Positions 9,221-15,659 of a stretch of 51,479 nucleotides of DNA are shown here, piece by piece (the stretch's first letter is position 1; each line of letters begins with the position of its first letter). The stretch comes from a virus (Duplodnaviria > Heunggongvirae > Uroviricota > Caudoviricetes). The translations under genes were made by a program, and so were the position numbers. Where the stretch lies: positions 1 through 51,479 of IMG/VR virus record IMGVR_UViG_3300045988_007046, one strand, 5' to 3'. The notes beneath the pieces were generated by a model, which saw only the letters and a list, made by a program, of their open reading frames with translations, did no database searches and had not been told where the DNA came from.

Positions 9221-10104
9221 TATGCCTCCCCTGCTGGATTAACTGTAACTGTTGCTGCATTAGATGTTACAGAGCCACCTGCGCCAGTAACTACACAGGT
9301 GTAGCTTCCTGAATCAGCAGCGGTTGCTCCTTCTTTGGTGTAGGTTGCAGTAGTTGCATCGAGGATGTCTTCCTCATCTTTCTTCCACTGATAACCTGTC
9401 GCACCTGTTGCCACAACATTCAGTGTTAAGGTCTCACCTTCAGTGATTTCTTGATTGGTTGGTTGCTGAGTGATGACAGGAAGTGCATTCACAGTCACTG
9501 TTGCTGCATCTGAGGTAACACTTGTTCCACCCTCTCCAGATACAACACAAGTGTATGAACCAGCATCAGAAGGTGCTACTGACTGTTTTGTGTAAGTTGC
9601 AGAATTGGCACTAGGGATGTCCTCACCATCCTTCTTCCACTGATATCCAGTGGCGTTAGTTGCTAGAATGCTTAGAGTAAGTGTGCCACCCTCATTGACT
9701 GTTTGACCTGTCGGTTGCTGAGTAATTGCTGGTGACTTAATAGCATCCTTCAACTTAGCATTCAACATTGAGAACGGCTTAACTCTTGCCAACCATTCAC
9801 AGTAAATTGTGTCAACATCTTTACCATTGATGATTGCATACTGCAAATCCATGAAGAAATCAGCAGTTCTCATCTGTGCACCAACACTGTAAAGCAATTC
9901 ATCACTAAATGGAACTTTGTAGTCTGGTTTGTAGTCAAACTTCTCAACTTCTGCAATATCAGCTTCAGGCCAATATGAACTATAGGTAAGTGGTAAAATA
10001 GCCTCTTGATATGTTCTAAAATCATACCTCTTACCAGCCTTTACATTTGCAATGAAACCCTTCACAAACTCTTTGAAGTCTGGGTAAGTCTTTGCTTTAA
10101 TCAT
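9220..10104 (-). CDS. Ig-like-domain protein (two tandem I-set-like repeats after an N-terminal domain)
   Basis: Two repeats of the pattern ATGYQWKKDGEDI...ATYTK...DSGSYTCVV...AATVTVN; N-terminal 125 aa is paralogous to the adjacent 10101-10472 product. Confidence 0.65.
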   Translation of the reverse strand: MIKAKTYPDFKEFVKGFIANVKAGKRYDFRTYQEAILPLTYSSYWPEADIAEVEKFDYKPDYKVPFSDELLYSVGAQMRTADFFMDLQYAIINGKDVDTIYCEWLARVKPFSMLNAKLKDAIKSPAITQQPTGQTVNEGGTLTLSILATNATGYQWKKDGEDIPSANSATYTKQSVAPSDAGSYTCVVSGEGGTSVTSDAATVTVNALPVITQQPTNQEITEGETLTLNVVATGATGYQWKKDEEDILDATTATYTKEGATAADSGSYTCVVTGAGGSVTSNAATVTVNPAGEA

Positions 10105-10472
10105 TTCTTTTTAGCCTCTAAATGTGCGTTTAGTCTAAAATAACCTTTGTGATGCGGAGATACATCACCAACAACAATACCTTTAACCTTATAACCTTTA
10201 CCAATTACATACTGGATATACATAAGGAATCTTCCAAGTCCAACAATATGGAACATTGGATATAATAGGTTCTCAGAATCTGGAATATTGATTTCAGGTT
10301 TGTAGGTACGCTGTTCGATTGTTGGTGTAATATCTTCTTCAGGCCATTTGCTGAGTCTCCATGTCAAAGGTGTTGGGATAACATCATTAAGGTTGTACCT
10401 TTCACCATTTTGCACGGAATTGATATAGGATTGTAGGAAGCAATAAAAGTCTTTTGCACTCTTAGCTTTCAT
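10101..10472 (-). CDS. hypothetical protein, paralogue of the N-terminal domain of the Ig-like protein
   Basis: Shared pattern MKAK..DF..F......V..G.RY...........WPE.DI.....YKP....P....LLY with 9220-10104. Confidence 0.55.
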   Translation of the reverse strand: MKAKSAKDFYCFLQSYINSVQNGERYNLNDVIPTPLTWRLSKWPEEDITPTIEQRTYKPEINIPDSENLLYPMFHIVGLGRFLMYIQYVIGKGYKVKGIVVGDVSPHHKGYFRLNAHLEAKKK

Positions 10473-10519
10473 TAAATATCCTTATAAATAGTTAAAGGGG
10501 CATCAGCCCCTATTCACAC

Positions 10520-11110
10520 TTAAGCTTTGGTCTTAAGTAGGTTCTTAAGTTTTTTAAGATTCATACTCTCATCAAACTTAAAACCAAATCCATTGACATA
10601 ATCAATGAACTCGGATTTCTTACTGAGTGACAATGCGTAACTCATATCAAAGTTCTTACTTGTTTCTGCGTCTGGACTAGAGTTCACATCAAATGAAATT
10701 TCTGTAGGCTCTTGCTTACTTTTTCTCATATTATCAACCAACAAACATGTATAGTTTGCTGGATAGAAATTTACACTACCATCAACGTAGCTGTACTTAT
10801 TATTATGGATAAGGTTGGAAAATACCTTAAGGAATGTTTCTGAGTCGTGGCAAACAAGTTTGAATTGGCTGCTCTCTCCAAGCGCAACTAATGAGTACGG
10901 ACTTTCACTATCAAAGTCATAATTTTGATTCGATGCCGTTACTGTTACACGCATCAAGTTATTAGCAATAGTCTTCTGTTTAAAAGAATTTTGAACATAG
11001 TGAAGACCTCTATCACACTGATTGACTAGCTCTTTAAGCAGGTCATTTGCATATGGTGAATTAATTGATACAGAGCCATCACTATTGTAATTAAAACTTA
11101 CTGTTAACAT
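10520..11110 (-). CDS. hypothetical protein
   Basis: 196-aa ORF. Confidence 0.5.
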   Translation of the reverse strand: MLTVSFNYNSDGSVSINSPYANDLLKELVNQCDRGLHYVQNSFKQKTIANNLMRVTVTASNQNYDFDSESPYSLVALGESSQFKLVCHDSETFLKVFSNLIHNNKYSYVDGSVNFYPANYTCLLVDNMRKSKQEPTEISFDVNSSPDAETSKNFDMSYALSLSKKSEFIDYVNGFGFKFDESMNLKKLKNLLKTKA

Positions 11111-11337
11111 TTTTCAGTTCTCCTGCGGTTTATAATTTTGCTGCAATAGAGAAACGAAGTAAACTCACTGGAAGAAACCATTAAGTGTTGTTCACTAGAT
11201 TGAGCCATTGCCCTGAAATACATTCCAGTCAAAGCATCATAGTGACTATTCTTTCCAATTGAGGTTATATAGCCATGACTCTTTGCAGTTTGATATAAAT
11301 CTATAATATCTGCGATTTCTAATTGGGAACTACACAT
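11104..11337 (-). CDS. hypothetical protein
   Basis: 77-aa ORF overlapping the downstream gene by 7 nt. Confidence 0.4.
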   Translation of the reverse strand: MCSSQLEIADIIDLYQTAKSHGYITSIGKNSHYDALTGMYFRAMAQSSEQHLMVSSSEFTSFLYCSKIINRRRTEKC

Positions 11338-11570
11338 AGATAATCCTCTTGTCTTCTGTAATTTTGAAAGAACAGGTACAGACCAATTTCAGAGGATGAA
11401 TAGTAGATTAACTCTACCCTTTTTGATTCCTTACAGTGATTGGTATTCTTACCTTTCTTCGGTTTATTTGATTTTCTCATTAAGTCTCCTTTGTAGAACA
11501 AGGCAGACCTACAGCTTTAAGTAAGATGGTACAGTAATCCATACAACAAGTCAAGAACTATTGCAAGTTA

Positions 11571-11615
11571 AAAAAGTTGTTGACAAAGTACTTGACAAGG
11601 TGTAGGCTTATAAAT
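11571..11615 (+). promoter_or_regulatory. sigma70-like promoter candidate (AAAAAGTTGTTGACA family)
   Basis: A-tract plus TTGACA at 11579-11584, second TTGACA at 11592-11597, TATAAAT downstream; sits in the divergent region upstream of 11730. Confidence 0.4.
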
Positions 11616-11729
11616 ACTTAGAAGATAACTTAAAAGGTTCCTCTAAAAAGGCTATTTAAACAGATATCTTTCTGGATATCTATCTTTTATCTTAAAAGCC
11701 TTTTAAGAGGTCTTATAAGAGGCATACCA

Positions 11730-12101
11730 ATGAAAAACAGAACAAACAAAGGCCAGTTTAAAAAAGGCCAGTCTGGAAACCCATCTGGAAGACCAAAAGG
11801 CTCTCGTAACAAAAGCTCACTTGTAAAAGCTCAACTGACCATTGATAATTCTGCTGAGTTTGCTGCAAAGTTGTTTGAGGCGGTTGTTACAAGGGATGCT
11901 GCTAAGCTTGCAGAGTTCGGTTTGACGACTGACGATGTAAACCTGAAGTCGATGATGGAGGCTGGTAAAACCATCATGACTCACTCAGCAGGTGAGATGA
12001 AAGCGATTGCAGCAGACACTAAGAAGACCCCTGATAATGGTGGTCAGTCTCAGACAGATAACAAACCAACGTTCTCTGCTGTAGCGACTCTCAAAAAATA
12101 A
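11730..12101 (+). CDS. hypothetical small basic protein (possible DNA-binding)
   Basis: 123 aa; N-terminus KGQFKKGQSGNPSGRPKGSRNK is strongly basic and Gly/Pro-rich. Confidence 0.5.
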   Translation: MKNRTNKGQFKKGQSGNPSGRPKGSRNKSSLVKAQLTIDNSAEFAAKLFEAVVTRDAAKLAEFGLTTDDVNLKSMMEAGKTIMTHSAGEMKAIAADTKKTPDNGGQSQTDNKPTFSAVATLKK

Positions 12102-12105
12102 TTTT

Positions 12106-12150
12106 AAAAGGTGTTGACAGACTCTACAAAGTTGCTCTAAAGTCTGTCAC
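12106..12150 (+). promoter_or_regulatory. sigma70-like promoter candidate overlapping an 8-bp inverted repeat
   Basis: AAAAGGTGTTGACA with TTGACA at 12114-12119, TAAAGT about 18 nt downstream; GACAGACT...AGTCTGTC inverted repeat spans the core. Confidence 0.45.
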
Positions 12151-12182
12151 ATCAACAAACAAATGAGAGAAGAGAGTAAAAT

Positions 12183-13598
12183 ATGAGCGAATTATTTAAA
12201 CATGCGCACCTTCATGCAGGTCGAACTGAAAATGGTGCTGTAAACCATACTTCATCAATGTCTGCTCTTGTAGACTTTTACAAAGCTGCTGGTTCAAGCC
12301 GTAGCAACGTAGAAATCTTACCAGACCTGTTCTACAAAGCTTTGCGTGAGGATGTTGATGTTGCAGTTCGTATTTTGCTTCATATGCGAGATGTACGAGA
12401 AGGTATGGGTGAGCGTAAAGCCTTCAGAACTGTTTTACTTCAAGCGATTGAAGACAAAGTTTTAGAGCCTACGCAGGTTCTTCGCATTATGGATAAGATT
12501 GCAGAACTTGGTCGTTTTGATGACTTCAAAATCTTCGTAGGTACTCGTTTCGAGACAGATGCCTTCAAACATCTAGAAGCAGCATTACTAGACCCTGCAA
12601 CAGCAGGTTTGGCGGCTAAGTGGTTACCACGAGTCAAACCACGTCATAAGCAGTTTGTAAAACGTTTCTGCAAGTTTGCCAACTTGAGTGAGAAAGAGTA
12701 CCGCACACTGTTGTCTGCACTATCTGATACAGTTGAGCAAAAAATCTCTGCTAATGAGTTTGGTAAGATTGACTACAGTAAGATTCCTTCACTTGCTGCT
12801 GCACGTTACCAAAAACTGTTTAACCGCAAAGATGGAGAACGCTACAAAGCTTACATCGAGTCCTTATCAAAGGGTGAGACTAAGATTAATGCTGGTGCTG
12901 TTTACCCATACGATGTAATTAAATCTGTTAAGCATGGTAATGCAGATGTTGCTAATGAGCAGTGGAAAGCACTACCAAACTGGATGGCAGAGGGTGAAAA
13001 CATCTTGTGTATGTCTGATGTTTCAAGCTCAATGTCTTGGGTGAATTTTGGTTCAATTACTGCTCTTGATATTGGTGTTTCACTTGCATTGTATGTAGCA
13101 GAACGTAATACAGGTTGCTTTAAGAATGAGTTGATGGTTTATTCAACAAACCCTCACTTCATCGAACTGAGTGGTGATTTACGAAACCGTCATCGTCAGG
13201 TGATGCGACACGTTGAATATGGCTCAACTAACTTACAAGCAGCTTTTGACCGTATTCTTGAAACAGGTAAAAGAAACAACTTGACTCAGAAAGATATGCC
13301 AAGTAAGCTTATCATCTTCTCCGATATGGAGTTCAATCAGGTTGATGGAGCTAACGGTCGTACAAACTTTGAAGCAATTCGTAGTAAGTACAAAAAAGCT
13401 GGATACGAAATGCCTCAACTGGTATTCTGGTACTTAGCAAACCGTAATGGTACTTGCGAAGTGTCTGTTAAGGATAACGGTGTAGCAATGGTATCTGGTT
13501 TTTCTCCAGCTACTTTAAAAGCTCTGCTTGGTGGTGAGAAGTTTGACCCAATCAGCGTAATGCTCAAAGCAGTAATGATTGACCGTTATATCTGGTAA
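12183..13598 (+). CDS. vWA-domain protein, possibly Ro60/TROVE-like RNA-binding protein
   Basis: 471 aa; MIDAS-like D-x-S-x-S (MSDVSSSMSW) followed by vWA-like strands (ELMVYS, GSTNLQAAF, KLIIFSDMEF, GVAMVSGFS) whose order resembles the Ro60 C-terminal vWA domain; helical N-terminal region. Confidence 0.4.
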   Translation: MSELFKHAHLHAGRTENGAVNHTSSMSALVDFYKAAGSSRSNVEILPDLFYKALREDVDVAVRILLHMRDVREGMGERKAFRTVLLQAIEDKVLEPTQVLRIMDKIAELGRFDDFKIFVGTRFETDAFKHLEAALLDPATAGLAAKWLPRVKPRHKQFVKRFCKFANLSEKEYRTLLSALSDTVEQKISANEFGKIDYSKIPSLAAARYQKLFNRKDGERYKAYIESLSKGETKINAGAVYPYDVIKSVKHGNADVANEQWKALPNWMAEGENILCMSDVSSSMSWVNFGSITALDIGVSLALYVAERNTGCFKNELMVYSTNPHFIELSGDLRNRHRQVMRHVEYGSTNLQAAFDRILETGKRNNLTQKDMPSKLIIFSDMEFNQVDGANGRTNFEAIRSKYKKAGYEMPQLVFWYLANRNGTCEVSVKDNGVAMVSGFSPATLKALLGGEKFDPISVMLKAVMIDRYIW

Positions 13599-13609
13599 AA
13601 AGTTTTAAA

Positions 13610-13646
13610 AAGGGTATTGACAATGTGTTTGATGCCCTTTAATATG
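13610..13646 (+). promoter_or_regulatory. sigma70-like promoter candidate
   Basis: AAAAAGGGTATTGACA with TTGACA at 13617-13622, 17-nt spacer, TAATAT at 13640-13645. Confidence 0.5.
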
Positions 13647-13699
13647 TTCTACATAGAAACGAAACGAGAGCTTTTCTAAGATACTGAAAAATATTTTAA

Positions 13700-13738
13700 A
13701 AAAGTTCTTGACAACCACTAAAAAATAATGTTAAAGTG
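13700..13738 (+). promoter_or_regulatory. sigma70-like promoter candidate upstream of the tRNA array
   Basis: AAAAAGTTCTTGACA with TTGACA at 13708-13713, TAAAGT at 13732-13737. Confidence 0.45.
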
Positions 13739-13763
13739 GTTACATAGAGTTTGAAAAGTTTAT

Positions 13764-13840
13764 CTCTGTTTAGCTCAGCTTGGTAGAGCGTTCCGTTTGG
13801 GGCGGTAAGGCCGGAGGTTCAAGTCCTCCAACAGAGACCA
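13764..13840 (+). tRNA. tRNA-Pro (anticodon TGG)
   Basis: Hand-folded: acceptor CTCTGTT/AACAGAG with C1-G72, T-arm GGAGG-TTCAAGT-CCTCC, anticodon loop TTTGGGG, CCA encoded. Confidence 0.65.
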
Positions 13841-13847
13841 AATTAAT

Positions 13848-13925
13848 GTTCCAGTAGACAAAATGGTAAAGTCACCACTCTTTCAAAGTGGATATCTGAG
13901 GGTTCAAATCCCTTCTGGAACGCCA
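13848..13925 (+). tRNA. tRNA-Glu (anticodon TTC)
   Basis: Acceptor GTTCCAG/CTGGAAC, anticodon arm CCACT-CTTTCAA-AGTGG, T-loop TTCAAAT, CCA encoded. Confidence 0.75.
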
Positions 13926-13930
13926 GTTTT

Positions 13931-14004
13931 GACAGAAGACCAATTACAGCAAACTTAATCTACTCATCTGACACGAAATCGGACAAAGAAGATATTTGGT
14001 CTGG
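13931..14004 (+). ncRNA. structured spacer element E1 (CAGAAGACC...GGTCTGG family)
   Basis: 5' GACAGAAGACCAA pairs with 3' TTGGTCTGG; conserved internal ACAGCAA. Confidence 0.35.
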
Positions 14005-14015
14005 TCATTGAGAAT

Positions 14016-14092
14016 TGCGGGTATAGAGAAAGGGCGTCTCACATGTCTCATTAGCATGGTATCGGCAGGTTCGACTCCTGCACCCGCCTCCA
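14016..14092 (+). tRNA. tRNA with CAT anticodon (Met or Ile2), with a 1-72 mismatch
   Basis: Acceptor TGCGGGT/ACCCGCC (U1 opposite C72), anticodon arm CATGT-CTCATTA-GCATG, T-arm GCAGG-TTCGACT-CCTGC, CCA encoded. Confidence 0.55.
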
Positions 14093-14097
14093 ATTTT

Positions 14098-14158
14098 GCA
14101 GAAGACCGTATTCAGCAACAAAATACTTTTTGCGGATAAAAGAAAAAACACGGTCTGG
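14098..14158 (+). ncRNA. structured spacer element E2 (CAGAAGACC...GGTCTGG family)
   Basis: 5' GCAGAAGACCGT pairs with 3' ACGGTCTGG; internal TTCAGCAA. Confidence 0.35.
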
Positions 14159-14169
14159 CAATGTATTAA

Positions 14170-14246
14170 GGTTAGGAAGCACATAAGGTATGTGCGGTCG
14201 CCTGTTAAGCGAATGGCACAGGGTTCGAATCCCTGACTAACCGCCA
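14170..14246 (+). tRNA. tRNA-Asn (anticodon GTT)
   Basis: Acceptor GGTTAGG/ACTAACC, D-arm GCAC/GTGC, anticodon loop CTGTTAA, T-arm CAGGG-TTCGAAT-CCCTG, CCA encoded. Confidence 0.7.
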
Positions 14247-14255
14247 AATTTAAAT

Positions 14256-14343
14256 GTGTCGTTATCCCGTAGATGGTAGCGGTGGGGACTGTAAATCCCT
14301 TGTCATTGAGACTCGGTAGGTTCGACTCCTACACGACACACCA
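14256..14343 (+). tRNA. tRNA-Tyr (anticodon GTA), long variable arm
   Basis: Acceptor GTGTCGT/ACGACAC, anticodon arm GGGGA-CTGTAAA-TCCCT, long variable arm, T-arm GTAGG-TTCGACT-CCTAC, CCA encoded. Confidence 0.75.
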
Positions 14344-14348
14344 ATAAA

Positions 14349-14426
14349 GGTTATGTAGTTTAATTTGGTTAAAATACTCCCCTGTCACGGGAGATGATGA
14401 GGGTTCAAATCCCTTCGTAACCGCCA
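14349..14426 (+). tRNA. tRNA-Asp (anticodon GTC)
   Basis: Acceptor GGTTATG/CGTAACC, anticodon arm CTCCC-CTGTCAC-GGGAG, T-loop TTCAAAT, CCA encoded. Confidence 0.75.
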
Positions 14427-14432
14427 ATTTTG

Positions 14433-14478
14433 AGAGGGCTATTTAGCCCCTCCCTTAAAGAGTTCTTACGAGTATTCT
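14433..14478 (+). promoter_or_regulatory. paired hairpins in a tRNA spacer (possible processing or termination signal)
   Basis: GGGCT-ATTT-AGCCC hairpin followed by CCCTTAAAGA...TCTTTAAGGG inverted repeat enclosing GTTCTTACGAG. Confidence 0.4.
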
Positions 14479-14487
14479 TTAAGGGAG

Positions 14488-14561
14488 CAGAAGACCAAAT
14501 ACAGCAAGAATGTATGAAATTTCAAGCCAATTTAATTTTGAAAATTTAAAACTTGGTCTGG
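14488..14561 (+). ncRNA. structured spacer element E3 (CAGAAGACC...GGTCTGG family)
   Basis: 5' CAGAAGACCAAA pairs with 3' ACTTGGTCTGG; internal ACAGCAA. Confidence 0.35.
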
Positions 14562-14574
14562 CTCAACAAATTTA

Positions 14575-14706
14575 CAGAAGACCGTTTACAGCAAAACTTA
14601 AACAATCTATTTCTCCGGTAAAGAAAAGGCGAAGGTTCGATTCCTTCACTCGGCAGATGTCGAGTTGGTGTAATGGTAGCACTTAAGATGATAAACAACG
14701 GTCTGG
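14575..14706 (+). ncRNA. structured element E4: CAGAAGACC...GGTCTGG closing helix enclosing a tRNA-like module (Y-RNA/YrlA-like candidate)
   Basis: Closing helix AGACCGTT (14579-14586) with AACGGTCT; inside: perfect T-arm GAAGG-TTCGATT-CCTTC (14631-14647), 7-bp hairpin ACTCGGC-AGAT-GTCGAGT (14648-14665), D-arm-like GTGT-AATGGTA-GCAC (14668-14682). Confidence 0.4.
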
Positions 14707-14707
14707 T

Positions 14708-14851
14708 AATTATCTTTGTAGATAAGTTATTAAGCTTACCTGTGAGTATGCGACCACAAAGGGTGAAAGGGTAAATTCTAGATTTAAACCCAAAAAGGCA
14801 CATCGCTACAGACCTTAAGCAAGTCTGGGTAGCTTATCTACAAAGATAATT
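14708..14851 (+). repeat. 19-bp perfect inverted repeat enclosing a ~106-nt segment
   Basis: AATTATCTTTGTAGATAAG (14708-14726) is the exact reverse complement of CTTATCTACAAAGATAATT (14833-14851); interior holds a CAGAC...GTCTG hairpin. Confidence 0.6.
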
Positions 14852-14855
14852 TAAT

Positions 14856-14931
14856 GGAAGTGTAGCAGAATGGTGATGCGGCAGACTTTTAATCTGACAG
14901 GCGATGGGTTCGAATCCCTCCACTTCTACCA
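14856..14931 (+). tRNA. tRNA-Lys (anticodon TTT)
   Basis: Acceptor GGAAGTG/CACTTCT with G1-U72, anticodon loop CTTTTAA, T-region ATGGG-TTCGAAT-CCCTC (only 3 clean T-stem pairs), CCA encoded. Confidence 0.6.
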
Positions 14932-14936
14932 AAAAT

Positions 14937-15013
14937 GGTTCAGTCGCAGATAAGGTAATGCAAGGGTTTCATAAGCCCTATGAATGTGGGTTCGATTCCC
15001 ACCTGAACCTCCA
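14937..15013 (+). tRNA. tRNA with CAT anticodon (Met or Ile2)
   Basis: Acceptor GGTTCAG/CTGAACC, anticodon arm AGGGT-TTCATAA-GCCCT, T-arm GTGGG-TTCGATT-CCCAC, CCA encoded. Confidence 0.7.
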
Positions 15014-15014
15014 A

Positions 15015-15090
15015 GCTGGTATAGTTAAGAAGGTTATAACACTCCCCTGATAAGGGAACATCGGTGGTTCGATTCCACCTACCAGTACCA
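15015..15090 (+). tRNA. tRNA-Ile (anticodon GAT)
   Basis: Acceptor GCTGGTA/TACCAGT, anticodon loop CTGATAA, T-arm GGTGG-TTCGATT-CCACC, CCA encoded; starts 1 nt after the preceding tRNA. Confidence 0.7.
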
Positions 15091-15097
15091 ATTTCAA

Positions 15098-15136
15098 TAA
15101 AGTTGTTGACATTGAGATGTGACTACTTTATAGTAA
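15098..15136 (+). promoter_or_regulatory. sigma70-like promoter candidate inside the tRNA array
   Basis: AATAAAGTTGTTGACA with TTGACA at 15106-15111, exact 17-nt spacer, TATAGT at 15129-15134. Confidence 0.55.
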
Positions 15137-15294
15137 CCTTAGTTTTCGTTGCGTAGCGTCTATTTTGCAAATTTAAAATAAATGCAAACGACAATGTTTT
15201 TCTGGCAGTAGCTTGATAGGCTAAACACCAGTGAGGTCTTCCAATCCCTCATCAAAGAATTTGGCGTACTCGCCCACGGTATGATTAATAAGGT

Positions 15295-15336
15295 GGGCAT
15301 CTTTAAGGGCTTTCTAAGAGAGTCTTTAAAGATAAT
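15295..15336 (+). promoter_or_regulatory. spacer hairpin (ATCTTTAA...TTAAAGAT inverted repeat)
   Basis: 8-bp inverted repeat enclosing GGGCTTTCTAAGAGAGTC; related to other spacer hairpins carrying TTCTTA/CTAAGA motifs. Confidence 0.35.
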
Positions 15337-15338
15337 TA

Positions 15339-15420
15339 CGGGGCGTATCTCAGCGGTCTTCTAAACCGCCGTTAACCGAGTAAGTGGAGTATGCGGGTTC
15401 GAGTCCTGCCGCCTCGACCA
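15339..15420 (+). ncRNA. atypical tRNA-like element (possible aberrant tRNA-Arg TCT or pseudo-tRNA)
   Basis: Good acceptor CGGGGCG/CGCCTCG, T-arm GCGGG-TTCGAGT-CCTGC and CCA, but the only anticodon-like hairpin GCGGT-CTTCTAA-ACCGC lies 7 nt after the acceptor (no room for a D-arm) and is followed by a 23-nt extra region. Confidence 0.3.
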
Positions 15421-15563
15421 ATTTAGTTAGCAGATTACTTAGACGACCTAAGCGTGTCTTCCTGTAAGGAGGTGGTCTGTATCTCATGTTTTCCAGAACA
15501 TGTAAATAATCTGAGAAGGGGCTTTACAGTGTTGCGAAAATACGGTAAGCTTCGAATTACAGT

Positions 15564-15646
15564 ATGGGACGATGTTAAGACTCTAAGGCATGAGCAACGG
15601 CCTCCAAAACCGTTTCAAAGGGGTTCAACTCCTCCGTCCCATGCCA
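15564..15646 (+). tRNA. tRNA-Trp-like (anticodon CCA) with extended D region
   Basis: Exact acceptor ATGGGAC/GTCCCAT, anticodon loop CTCCAAA (identical to canonical Trp loop), T-loop TTCAACT, CCA encoded; about 7 extra nt between acceptor and anticodon stem. Confidence 0.4.
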
Positions 15647-15659
15647 AAGTCTTATTAGG

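Noticed and set aside
11319-11501. 60-aa minus-strand ORF upstream of 11104-11337
   Set aside because: Lies in the divergent promoter region with low-complexity translation and no RBS; likely non-coding.
14016-14092. Initiator tRNA-fMet assignment for the first CAT tRNA because of its 1-72 mismatch
   Set aside because: The mismatch is U1 opposite C72, not the bacterial initiator C1xA72, and the anticodon stem lacks the three consecutive G-C pairs; left as generic CAT (Met or Ile2).
14631-14931. Circularly permuted or intron-containing tRNA gene (T-arm half upstream of a 5' half)
   Set aside because: The supposed acceptor strands are only 4 nt apart and simply form a hairpin; no anticodon arm complementarity could be found on either side, and the downstream T-arm belongs to a complete tRNA-Lys. 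Kept as a tRNA-like module instead.
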